NCBI RefSeq assembly: GCF_009914755.1
Contig: NC_060930.1
Length of the DNA stretch: 64,000 nt
Origin: the human T2T-CHM13v2.0 reference genome, Homo sapiens
Strand: one strand, 5' to 3'
The notes beneath the pieces are model-generated. The model saw only the letters and a program-made list of their open reading frames with translations, was not told the DNA's origin and made no database searches. The translations under genes and the position numbers were made by a program. Below, in pieces: positions 38,504 to 51,530 of this stretch (its first letter is position 1; each line of letters opens with the position of its first letter).

Positions 38504-39108
38504 TGTCATTATCCCACCATATTCTCCACTTACAGAAGGGTAGTTAATGGAAAACGGCCAATTCAAATCGATGGCTATGGCTTTTAATATTTAACACTTG
38601 TGATACTCTGAGGGTACATGTTACCTCTCACCACCCCTGACCCTAGCCTGTAGGAATCCAGCCATTGGCCAATCATAGGTGGAGACTGAGTGGATAAAGC
38701 CTCCATTTTCCTCACCCTTGGTTGGGAGAACTATAAAGTGCATTTTACATTATCTCACAGAATACACAACAATGTATTGAGTAATTGCTCCATGTCAGAC
38801 TGTAAGCATCAGTCCTGGGCACTGGTTAACTACTTAGGCCATGGTAAGAGGTAGCACACTTCAAAATCTAGCTCTGCCATTCCTTGGCTGCATGAGCTTG
38901 GAAAAGTAATTTAAGTCTTTAAGCCTCAGTTTTCAACTAGGGCAGTGGTCCCTAGGGGTAGCAGACCTGACAATGCACAGGTCATTGGTTTTATTCCCTT
39001 TCCCTTCTCCCTTCTCCACTTATCTACATTTCCTAGATGGCTTTCCAAATAAAGTATTTAAATTCTGATCTTGTCTATGGGTATCTTTTTGTGGGAACTC
39101 AAACTAAG
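38504..39108 (+). mobile_element. LTR16-type ERVL solo LTR, interrupted by the 157-bp duplicate
   Basis: GAGTGGATAAAGCCTCC...CATTGGTTTTATTCCCTTTCCC...CCAAATAAAG...ATCTTGTCTATGGGT...GGGAACTCAAACTAAG. Confidence 0.7.
38785..38941 (+). repeat. 157-bp duplicate copy inserted within the LTR16
   Basis: Direct copy of 38036-38192 at offset 749 bp with 6 substitutions. Confidence 0.95.
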
Positions 39109-39743
39109 GTAGTATGTATCAGATATAATTCTAGTAAGTCAATATTAATTTATTTAATCTTTGACACAGCACAATGAAATGACTTTCTTAATTTTGAAGA
39201 TTAAAACAAAAAGCAAAAGCAAAATACTGTCTCACAGTGGTAAAGAAAGTAACTCAAGGGCAATATAATAGATGGTGGCACATCTGCTATTTTATTCTAG
39301 GTATATCTGGCTCCAGAGCTTACTGGTTTTAAAATTTTCTTTTTTTTTTTTTTTTGTTTTGGTTTTTTTGTTATCTTCATTGTAAACTTAATAAGTAGCA
39401 ATGATAACAATAGAAAATCTGAAGAATTAGAAATAAAAATTAAAATCTGTAGTCATTCATTTAAATTGGTCATTTTCATCTGCTTTCAAAGATAATTTAG
39501 TTTTGCCTGTTTTCATATGTTTAAAAAATATCTCTTATTGACACTGATTCAAAGTTTAGTTGGTTTCCTTCCCAAGTTTGTAAGCCTCCATAAACAGGAA
39601 GGCAGACACATTTTTGGCATACTTTTTTCACGATAGGGCTCTTCTAATAAAGATGACCACATTTTTCTGCCATGGTGCTTGAAATTTTTATCAGTAACAA
39701 CACTTTTTAAGAGATTTTCTGGATATTGTTGCTTTTTAGTTGG

Positions 39744-40111
39744 TGATACGATTTGGCTGTGTCCCCACCCAAATCTCATCTTGAATTATAGTTCCCATAA
39801 TCCCCATGTGTCATGGGAGGTAATCGGTGGGAGGTAATTGAATAATGGGGGTGGTTACTCCCATGCTGTTCTTGTGATAGTGAGTGAGTTCTCATGAGAT
39901 CTGATGGCTTTATAAGGGGCTTTTCCCCCTTTGCTTAGCACTTTTCCTTCCTGCCTCCATATGAAGAGGGACATGTTTGTTTCCCCTTCCACCATGATTG
40001 TAAGTTTCCTGATGCCTCCCCAGCCCTGCAGAACTATGAGTCAATTAAACCTCTTTCCTTTATAAATTACCCACTCTTGGGCAGATAGCAGCATGAGAAT
40101 GGACTAATAGA
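39744..40111 (+). mobile_element. THE1 (THE1C/D-like) MaLR solo LTR
   Basis: TGATACGATTTGGCTGTGTCCCCACCCAAATCTCATCTTGAATT...GAGAATGGACTAATAGA. TSD GTTGG/GTTAG. Confidence 0.92.
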
Positions 40112-40639
40112 GTTAGGTTTCATATACAAAATGTATCTTCTTGCCAAGGTGAGCCTCTTTGCTTGTTCTTATTTCTTTTGCCATTGTCTACTGCAGTGGT
40201 TCCCAAATTATGTTCTATGGAGAAAAATGTAAATACATGATGGTAAGAGTTTTTCTTCAGTAACTAACTTTGAATTATATATATGTAAACACCTTTAAAT
40301 AGTTGTTTTGAATGATATGCAACAGCTAAGCATTCCAGGAAGCCACAAATGTGATCACATTATGCATTGTCTTTAATAAATTGCCATTAATGAATAGGCA
40401 TCATTTATCACCTTTCCCTTTAAGTTGTACAATGTCTATTGTATTAAATTGGTATAAATTAATTACGCATTATGTATTTGTTCTGCAAATTCATTATGTA
40501 CTTGTGATATTATTTTGGTCTTTATTCATACATTTTGCTATAATTAATTAGTTTCTGAAGGGGCTTTATATTCTCTATTTTATCCATGTCATAAATCATT
40601 ATTGATTTTTCATCAATACTTTAAAAAATCTCTTACTCA

Positions 40640-41125
40640 AATAAGTACGAGAAATATGAATCTATAGGACTAATGTCCAAATTCTCAGCATAGCATCTAA
40701 TCACTTCCCCACTGATCTCTGAGCCCCATTATCTTTTTGATAGTACTTCTGGGGTCTGCTCTTTTCTGAATACAGTATACCTTTTGAATTCTCTGTGTAC
40801 TTGCTGATGATATTTTCTCTGTCTGTAATGCACTTTCTACTGTCTATTTGATGAAATTCTTAAAACCTCAATCTAGACATTACTTGCTCCTGAAAGCCTC
40901 ATTTCCTGCTCAGGGGTAATTTTTGTCTCCTTAGTCATTATAATTTTACATGCCTCTGTTGCAGACCTATCACCTTGTTAATGTATTATTTATTAATATA
41001 TTTGTCTCTTCTACTAGGTCAGGTGTTCCTGAGTCTAGCCTATCTTATATTTGTGTTTGTGGTTAGCATAGGATCTAAAAATACTAAAAATATCCAATAA
41101 ATACTTACAGAATGACTAAGTAAAT
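40640..41125 (+). mobile_element. L2 3' end
   Basis: TAGGACTAATGTCCAAATTCTCAGCATAGCAT...TTTGTCTCTTCTACTAG...CAATAAATACTTACAGAATGA. Confidence 0.65.
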
Positions 41126-42396
41126 GCACATATAGTATGACCTTCATTTTTCTTCCTTCTTCTTTCTCTTTCTTCCTCCTACCACCACATATTTTTTTAC
41201 ATTATACATTCATGACAACTTTGTACTGACCACTATGTTTCCTGCTACAGAGGAAACAAAAATGATTAAGACATAGTTTTTGAGCTCCATGAATTTTTAG
41301 CCTGGTATTAACTATCATTGGCCATTGTAAGTTGGGTCCTGGCTGAAATATACATTATAATATTATATAATGTACAATACATATTAGAAACAATATATGT
41401 ATAATATGTCTTATAATAGATGTATATCTCTTTATAGATATACATATCTTCTAAAATCTTCAGTTTTTTTTAGCTATGGCCTAGTTACATAGATTTATAA
41501 GAGGTTGTGTCACATAATTATTTTAGGTTCTTGTCATTCTAGATCTGATAGCATTTGGACATGACAGTGTTGCAATCATTATTTATTTGACCAGGAACAA
41601 GGAGAAATAGTTTGCTGATTATGAAAAACTTTAAATGAGAGTAGATATGTTTGGTCAATCTTAGGCATTTCAATAATTTAAGTTTTAAAAATTTATTCAT
41701 ATAAAAATTAAATGTTGGCAATTTCTTTATCCAAATATCATGAAAATTTATACTTGAAGACTTTTCAGCTTGTATTATTTATCTGAGCAACAGCATTCTC
41801 CAAAGTGGGTTCTGCAGAAGGCCTTAAATATTTTTAATATTTTTATAAATAAAAAGTGGAAACATCTTGATCAAACAGGTCTAGAGATAGTGAATAGCCT
41901 CTAGCCCCATCTCCTTTTGGAAATTCATGTGCTTATTAGCATATTATAAAGCTATGAGATAACCATTAATGAAAAATGCTTACTTCACTTTTTTTTTAAC
42001 AAATTCCTTTGACTTATAAAACTTTTTCTATGTTACATCTAGAAGCATCCCTTGTGATTAATATTTTGAAATGCATGATAACATTGGTTAATACATTCGG
42101 TGACATGGTTGGTAACTTCTGATAATATGTGACATAATAGTCCATTTTATTAACCATTGTAAATACTCTGACAGGTGGAAAAAGAAGCAAGATAAAATGT
42201 CTGCTTCAGCTTGAACACGTTTTGACCACATCCAAAGAACCAAGGCAGAGAAAGAGAATGGGGTACTATGTCAAGGTTCAATATAGAATCAAGCAGAATC
42301 AGAATATATGTAGATTTTTCAGAGCTTACCATATAGTCAGAATCAATCACTGCAAATCAGAGAGAGAAATACGAAAATGTCATTAAACAAATTTCA

Positions 42397-42800
42397 GACA
42401 TTTGGGTTGGTTCCAAAAATGTGGCACATGTACACCATGGAATACTATGCAGCCATAAAAAATGATGAGTTCATGTCCTTTGTAGGGACATGGATGAAAT
42501 TGGAAATCATCATTCTCAGTAAACTATCGCAAGGACAAAAAACCAAACACCGCATGTTCTCACTCATAGGTGGGAATTGAACAATGAGAACACGTGGACA
42601 CAGGAAGGGGAGCATCACACTCTGGGGACTGTTGTGGGGTGGGGGGAGGGGGAAGGGATAGCATTAGGAGATATACCTAATGCTAAATGACGAGTTAATG
42701 TGTGCAGCACACCAGCATGACACATGTATACATATGTAACTAACCTGCACATTGTGCACATGTACCCTAAAACTTAAAGTATAATTAAAAAAAAAAAAAA
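42397..42800 (+). mobile_element. Young 5'-truncated L1 (L1PA2/L1PA3-like) with a short 5' inversion
   Basis: Near-consensus ORF2 C-terminus (KMWHMYTMEYYAAIKNDEF...SLIGGN*), 3' UTR and poly-A. TSD AAACAAATTTCAGA (42385-42398) / AAACAAGTTTCAGA (42801-42814). Confidence 0.95.
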
Positions 42801-45017
42801 AAACAAGTTTCAGAGAAAAGGACTTCCTTTCCAAATGAGGGGCCCTGCTTCCACGGACAAAGCCAGCTTGGATCATGAGCTGTCAAATGTGAACCAAGAA
42901 TTACAGCCCCAGGAGGAACAGCTGTCTTGCTTTCAGGACACTGAGGTCTATGCTTTGCTTAAACCTAAAATGTATTGGCCATTGAAGATAAATCCTGATT
43001 CTTTTTTTCAATTAAAACTTTGATTTTTGCATCTCAATGATTGCACATAATAGGCACTCCTAAAATATTTGTAAGACTAAAGTAAATAACTTAAGGAATA
43101 AAAGGGTGATCATATGCATAGGCAATATAAATGAAGAGTATTAATTTATCTATAGCATTTTAATAGAGTCACCTATGGGTTTTTTTTTTTTTTGCTTCGG
43201 TTTTACTTGATTTTTAAAAGGGTTTATGTATGTATCTATTTGTTTCCTCTTGACATGTGTGGATGAAGCTGCAGAGGTGAAGGAAAAGATACTATTTATC
43301 ACCTACCTCCTAATGCTGTAAGAATTTATTAAATAATGGTGACTTTTCCATGATTCCTTCTCATACTCAATGCAATCCATACTGCTTCCTGTGGAGAAAC
43401 TGCTGTGTGAATAGCAAAAAATGTTTTTTGATGGCAATGATGAACCCCAAATATAAACTGCTTCTTTAGAGGAGAGAATCTCTAATGTTCTTTTATTGAC
43501 AGAGCATTGGAAGAATAGAAAATTACAATCTTCTGTCTCAGTTAGCCTGGAGTTCTTCTCTAAATCAATCCCTTATTCAAACATGAAATGTACATCTTAT
43601 GGCTCCCTCTTCTCTCCTCAACTTCTTGCTTAGGGCAAGACCAATGAGATTTTGAAGTGCTCCAGCTTAGCTGGTTTTTAATCTTCCTTTTAAAAACATC
43701 ATTTGCAGCTAGAAATCTGATTCAGTTTAAAATGCTGAGTTTTAGTAAACTGAAAACTGAGATTTATAAATGCATAGTGAAGATGAAATGCAGTAATCGA
43801 AGTAATAAAATAGCATTATGAAGAGTAGTTGACATGCATGCTTAGAACCTATTTTTCAAGTATTAAATACTAACTCTAAATAATGTCAAAATCAAACATG
43901 CTTTAAAAATAGAAAAGAACTAAAGGTCATATTATGAAATGTCTATAAATTGTAGTCTTTTTAAAAGCCTCACTGACCAGAAGTTTATAAGAAAAAAAAA
44001 TAGTGATTCCAAAAAATCAGCTGAAACCATAAACACAGAATATTATTTTTCTATTATGTTATGACTCCCCTCTACATTATTTTGTACTTAACCTAAAATT
44101 TGTTTTATTTTTGTTTTCTGTTACATACTTTAATATTTGCAAGAATTTTAAAAAAGATATTTGAAATGACTATTTCCCTAAAGATCCAGTTCTAGATGGT
44201 GTAGAAAGACCTTGAAATAAGTGAACTAGAGGCTTCTTTTAAGATATCTATAAAGAATTAATTCCTAACTGCAACACCAGAAACTCAATATTTCTAATAA
44301 TAAACATAGTATATCCAATAAATTTCTGCTACTATATAGTCCATCTTAATTTGATTTTCTTAATCATAAATAAAGCCTGAAATGACATAACTATTCAAAG
44401 TCGTGACAAATTGGTGTTTTATGGTTGGATGTGGCCCACCTCATGCTCCTAGAATAGGATGTTTTTAAACTATAGGAGGACATTCTACTTTCTGAGATGC
44501 ATTCTAATTGTTTACAATCAACATTGGGTCTCCCCTTTAGGCTTGTCACTAGGCGGAGACTCAAGTAGAATAATACTCCAAGACCATTTGTACTTAATGA
44601 AAGCAATTTGTTATAAGCTGAGGGGAAAGTGTCCTTTGTCTTTCTGCCAAAACAGCCTTGCTCTGTTTTTGTTGAGGTCATTCAGATTAATGGGGAGACT
44701 ACAAGATGCTCTAAAACAAAAGCATTAGTGAGAAGATGCAAAGCATTTTTCTAAAACAATGCTAAATACCAGGGAACATGTGTAGTATGTTTTCAGACAT
44801 CTATTATGAAAACTGCTTAAAATTAATTATTCTTAATTGCGTTTTCCTATATGGTATCCATATGGCCCCATTGTTCATTTAATAAAATGTTTTTTGACAA
44901 ATGCTATTTTTAAAGAGTGATGGTAGGAATTGTATAGATATAAATAACATTTATAAGACTACACAATTTATAGTTTATGGTCAGTAGATTTTAATAAGAC
45001 TATGATCAGAACACATC

Positions 45018-45233
45018 ATTTTATTTTATTTTATTTATTTATTTTTTTTGAGATGGAGTCTCACTCTGTTGCCCACGCTGGAGTGCAGTGGTGTGATTTC
45101 AGCTCACTGCAAGCTCCGCTTCCCGGGATCATGCCATTCTCCTACCTCAGCCTCCTGAGTAGCTGGGACTACAGGGGCCCACCACCACGCCAGGCCAATT
45201 TTTTGTATTTTTTAGTAGAGACGGGGTTTCACT
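45018..45233 (-). mobile_element. AluY-like, 5'-truncated (right arm plus end of left arm)
   Basis: (TTTTA)n tail; CACTGCAAGCTCCG...ATGCCATTCTCC (Y diagnostics); stops after GGGGTTTCACT. Confidence 0.9.
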
Positions 45234-47193
45234 AATCCTTCACTTTAGGTGAACAATTAGGGGAAAAATATACCTATAATCATCCTTGAAGAGTAGCAGA
45301 TAAAAAAATGAAAAGTAAAATACAAAGAAATGTAATGCATTATCTTAGAGAGGGAAATCATGGCCAGGCCATATGAGATACTTTTATAGTAAAGACTTTC
45401 AAGTGTTCTAATTACCACATAGACTGAGGAATGTATGCATTTGAAAAGAAATATCACCTGGATGTCTCTTTCAATTAGAATTCTCTATTTTTCAGTGACT
45501 TCTTCCTGACAGCTCAATCCAGAAAGATTGAATTTTATCTTTCTCACACTTCCTTCCTAAGGGCTGCATTTGTTAGATGCTTATTTCAAACACTTTGTCT
45601 TCGTTTCCTGTAAGTTTTCTAACTTTGACCATGTATCCCTTACCAAGGATTCTATGAGGGGGAGAGAATAACATATTTATCCAATTTGGAATTTGAAAAC
45701 AAAAAAGAAAAACCATGTTAAACTTCAAGTAGTAAGGTTCTGGATGACAGTGACTTTATAAGAAATTAAAACAGTATTTCTCCATTGAGAAGATTTGATA
45801 GACCACATATGCACCTTAGATAAATCACACTGCCTTTATCATCCCATTCAGGAAAGTTTAATTTTTGTCCTTGAGAGATTTAAAGGCACCAGTTGTTCAG
45901 TTATTTGTGAGCAGTTCTGACCAGTTCTCGCCTTGTGGTATTCCTATTATGTTACTTAGAAGATTATATATGTGAAGATTTTGTTTTTGCTGCTTTTTGT
46001 ACATAAGGCTACGTAATCTTTTATACAAGCTTGTTGGAAACTCATTTGATATGTAAGAAGAGTCCACATATGATACTTAAATAGAACTTCTAGTCCATTA
46101 ATAAGTACCTATTATGTTCTCCACACTTTAAGACATTTTCAATAATTATTAATTTGTCCACTGTAAGTGGATGTAATACTGGCTAAAAGTCTTGGTTGGC
46201 TGGAACAGAAATAGATGGCTTCTGTGTTACTGTCATAGGATTTCAGGCTTCCTGTCACAATATATATTTCAGTCCTGTTCTAGATGAAGCATAGTGGGAG
46301 GTAAGGAAGGAATTCATCATTTTCAGTCTTGTGGCTTCTTAATTATAGGCCTCTTTGTTGAGGCTATTCACTTGGCTATCAATTAGGATCAAGTGTTATG
46401 CTGTACTGGCTGCTAGATACAAGTCTGCTAAGAAAAGGACTGAGATAACCAACTCAAAGTTGTCATAAACAGAAATGACATGTGGTCACCCTCAAACTGT
46501 TATTAATCAGAAATTAGCTGATACTATAGTGGATAAGATTTGGTATGATATAAATGATTAAATCTCAGGAAAACAATTTATGCATCACTTTCTTCATCTG
46601 CATTAGACATAACAAAATTCTGCCACAAGAGTTTTGTTAGGAGTAACTGAAAACTGAAAGATAATTTTAAAGGGCTTAGCAAAGTCTTCACAGTAACAAA
46701 AATAATAAGGATGTACATACCAGCTAACAAGATAATTGTACAGATAATTGGAAAATGTACTTCCTTGGGTGCAATGTTTATACCAAGAGGTAAAATAATG
46801 TTAGTAAGATTCCATCAATGTCCATAAAACACACATTAATGAATGGATTCATGCTGCATCTATGTATTAGCATACATTTGTATTCGGATTAAATTATAAG
46901 ATAAGCTTGTATAAATAATGGAGAACAGGAGAGCATTTTTCACTTAAATTTGAGATGATATATTACTGAAGAGTTTTACTCTTACACTAAAAACACATAT
47001 TCTTAAAACCTTAAATAGAGGAGATAAACAAATACAAAAGCCCAACAACAACAACAAACGCTGCAATTAAAGGAGTTTGAGAGACATAAAAAGGCATTTT
47101 GGTTCCATACGCCTGATACGCCTGGTACTGACAGACACTAAAAATATAATATTCTGACAACACCCTTTTGCTTGATATAGATATATTGTTCTC

Positions 47194-47200
<7 letters not shown>

Positions 47201-47248
<48 letters not shown>
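47201..47248. repeat. (CA)24 microsatellite
   Basis: Perfect CA run counted directly. Confidence 0.98.
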
Positions 47249-47250
<2 letters not shown>

Positions 47251-47251
<1 letters not shown>

Positions 47252-47529
47252 TCTGAGATGGAGTCTCGATCTGTTACCCAGGCTGGAGTGCAGTGGCACT
47301 ATCTCAGCTCACTGCAAGCTCCCCCTCCCAGGTTGAAGTGATTTTCCTGCCTCAGCCTCCCAAGTAGCTGGGATTACAGGTACCTGCCACTACACCCAGT
47401 TGATTTTTGTATTTTTAGTAGAGATGGGGTTCCACCGTGTTGGCCAGGCTGGTTAACTCCTGACCTCAAGTAATCTGCCTACCTCGGCCTCCCATGCTGG
47501 TATTCAGGCATGAGCCACCGCTCCTGGCC
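47251..47529 (-). mobile_element. AluS (Sx/Sz-like), lacking a poly-A tail
   Basis: GAGATGGAGTCTCG...CTCCTGACCTCAAGT...CCACCGCTCCTGGCC. Confidence 0.92.
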
Positions 47530-48295
47530 TATATTCAACATATTGATTAGCTGAATTAATGAGTTGCCTTGCTACTATTTAGTTGTATTTTTAAAGACAA
47601 AACAAAACATAAAGAAGCAAATAATCCAATAAATGTAATTTAATTTATAATTTCTTCTTTCTTCCCTCCATCTTCCTGTCCTCCATCTTTGGTCCTACTT
47701 TTATTTTATCTTTGCTCTACCTCATTATACAAGGGATTTTTAACTGATCTTAATATTAATTTATGGTAGACAATAATAACTCAACTAAACCTGACACTTT
47801 GAGAATATAAATACAGTCTTATTTATACTGATTATTTTAAAATCACACTTTAAAAAATTGTTGCTCATATTTCATGTATAACTGAGCATATTCTAAGATG
47901 CTGAACTCTAAATGGGGTATTGCTGAATATGGGGCTGGGCAAAACTCCATGCCCTCTACAGTTTGGTGAACCATTGTTTTGCTCTGTTGCTTGTGGCTTA
48001 CCCTGTGATCCCTGCAAAGCTCTGAAGTGGTCAACAGTGGCTGGCTGGCCAGCCACTGATACTTGGCCCAATGGTTTGATGTTGGTGATCCAAATCAGAT
48101 CACATTCACCAGAATCTGCCCCTTTTGCTTCCCTTGTATACTTGCGTGTACAGGAAAGGATCTCCTAACTGCATTGCCTGAAACAGTATGACAGAGAACA
48201 GGTTTTCAGATAATGTCTGTCCTATCCACTGTCTGCTCCTTTGGCTGTAGATAGAAAAATCAGAAACTGGAAGATTACCAGTATCAAGTTCTTCA

Positions 48296-48849
<554 letters not shown>

Positions 48850-50389
48850 AGAGAAGTGAATCAAGCCATAAGAATATTGTTATTTCCTGATCTCACAACA
48901 AAAAGTCTACGCTATCTGGATTCAAGTTTGATTTTATTCTCCACATATTTCTGCAATGTTGAATTTACCTTAAGCATACTCATATCTTATGTTTATATTT
49001 CTACTGGCTTTCCAACTGGCTAATGACTCATATATTTTACGATAAAATTTCACTAGAGTTGGAAAGGGACATGAAAGCATATTACTGTATTCAAATCTAT
49101 TTGAGTTTCTTTTAATAACCAGGTTTATTCCCTTCTTTTAAATCATCCTTATTCCCAAATGGAATTCTGCTAGAAATAGAGTCTAATCATTCTAATTCCC
49201 TTAAGAACTGAAAAGCTGAAGCAATATGGAAGGTTTTAGATACAACTCTATTATTTCTATAATAAGCATAATTTTACCAGCTTGTTATACAAGACTGTTA
49301 TTGAAGAGCTATTGAGTCATTGGATTGTGAATTACTGAAAATTTCATAACAGTTGGCATATTAACAGATAAATGAAATGCTGAACTAATGGGACATTTTC
49401 TAGTAGAAAGTTAAAATTAAAAAACATTGTTAATTATAAAACAATTTGCACTTGTATGCTATCATTATTAGTAACAATGATTTTGATAAAAAATGTTATA
49501 AATAGAAGATTACTTATTCTCGCATAGGCTTTTATTGGAGAGAGTTATCTTAGCCATTTGAAAAATAATTAGCTACTTATATAATTAATAATATAAGTAA
49601 AAACTTGATTTTTCTATAAATATGTTGTCCTTTGAATGTTTTATATATGTAAATATTTTTAAATAAAATATATAACTACATGGTTGAATACAAGATATTA
49701 ATTTTCTTATATAAAAGTTTAGACATATTATTAATTAAAAAGCAATAAATATAAAAGATTTGAGTCTGAATTTTATGTTTTCACAATTATAATATTATTG
49801 GTTAGGTTTACCAAATTATTAAGCTATATTAACTATGTTACTACAAAGTGCCTAGGAACTGAAATTTAGAAAACTGTACAGTATGAACATCTTCTAGCAT
49901 AAAACTAAAAATGTGGTGATGAATGAAGACTCTAAAATATGTCAAATATGGACAATGTTAATTCTAATTTGCAAATTTTATATCTTTCCAGTTTTTGCCC
50001 TTCACTAGTCTGAAAAAATATACCAACATATTAGCTGTCTAATTTTCAAATTATTGTTCACTCTAAAATTTCCCACAAGTTACTCATTTCCTTAGATTAC
50101 CAAAATTAATTGACCTGGAAGTGAGAAGATAACTTAACATTTTAATGAGGCTGATAATACCACTGAGCTCACAGCCTACACTTTTGACTTTAAAAGTATA
50201 GTTTTAGGTGAGTTTAAGGATACAGAAGTAATGAAATACAGAAGATTGATAGGGGGAATTGAATGGAAGAGACAGTAGATATTTTGAAGGTCTATTCTAC
50301 AAAACTGGGAAACCAATTGGATAAAAGGAGTAAAGAATTAGCAAACTGAGTGATAGCTTCTCAGCTCCCTAACACATAAAAGCTCTGGT

Positions 50390-50630
50390 AATTATAGTAA
50401 CAAACACTTAAAATATAATTTACCATGTGCTATTCATATATTAACTCATTTAATGTTCAAAACAATCTTGGGTAGTAAATTCTATTACCATCCCACTATA
50501 AAGATGAAAAAAAGAAGGCAATATAGATGTTAAATTTTTTGCCCAAAACCACCAAGCTAGTAAATGGCAGAGCTGAGCTTTAAACCTTGGAAGTTTTATT
50601 TGGGATTGTGGTCTTTAACATTACATAATA
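50390..50630 (-). mobile_element. MIR SINE
   Basis: ATATATTAACTCATTTAATGTTCAAAACAATC...TTGCCCAAAACCACCAAGCTAGTAAATGGCAGAGCTG. Confidence 0.75.
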
Positions 50631-51119
50631 ATGCTATATTACCTTTCTATATCCTTTTTTCCCAATAAAATATGCTGTGTGCTTGGATAATTGGGGAATT
50701 TTTTCAGTTATTTAATCTTTATCCTACTTTGTATCTATGCTAGAAGACCAGGAGAGTAACAGATTGAATTTGAATGCATTCCTGTGTATCCATGCTGAAG
50801 GAAACCTAGCACATTCTGGATTGGAAATTTCAGTTGAGCCCAAAGTGTCAAGTTATTTCAGAAGGCTTACATAAGTCCTTAGAGATGTGCACATTGCTAT
50901 CACTTCACTGGAAGTTTCCCTCACAATGAACAGTACTGTAAGAAGTTCTCCTAAGACCTTGCTCAAGAATCCTGAACCAATTATCCCTTCTGATCTCGGA
51001 TTTCTTACATAAAATGATCCATTTGTTATCCACAAGAGTTAATGACCCTTGAATATCTGATGTGAGCATAAGATTAAGAGGTTGGCTTTTGGAATCCAGA
51101 AGATTTAACTAGTTGTTAG

Positions 51120-51368
51120 TCATAATAAAGTGGTTAAGAGTGCACATTCTGGAGCCAGATTGCTTGAGTTCAAACTCCAGCCTCACTACTAGTTACTGAT
51201 GACCTTGGAAAAATTCAATTCACTTTGTGTAACTCACTTTTCTCATTTGTAAAATGTGTAACACATTAGAATTATCTCACAACTTGTTATGAGAATTAAA
51301 TGAGATAATATATGCACAAAATTTTAAATGGTTTCTGGCTTTTGGTACATCCTTGATGAATATTATCT
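51120..51368 (+). mobile_element. MIR SINE
   Basis: GTGGTTAAGAGTGCACATTCTGGAGCCAGATTGCTTGAGTTCAAA...TTCTCATTTGTAAAATG...GAGAATTAAATGAGATAAT. Confidence 0.85.
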
Positions 51369-51384
51369 ATTCTAATACTATGGG

Positions 51385-51530
51385 TGCTTGAGCAAGGTGC
51401 TTACCCTTTAAAGCCTCAACTTCATCACCCATGACATGATCATGGTAATAACTGCTGCCTTGTAGAGTTGTTGCGAGGCTTATAAGATATGGTGAATGGA
51501 AAGTGTTTTGTACAGAGCCTGGCATAAATC
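51385..51530 (+). mobile_element. MIR fragment
   Basis: TTGAGCAAGGTGCTTACCC...GCCTCAACTTC...AGAGTTGTTGCGAGG...AAAGTGTTTTGTACAGAGCCTGGCATA. Confidence 0.6.

Noticed and set aside
43301-43330. Minus-strand 9-nt microexon-like signal
   Set aside because: It lies in a MIR-core-like sequence (ACCTACCTC) and has a poor pyrimidine tract.
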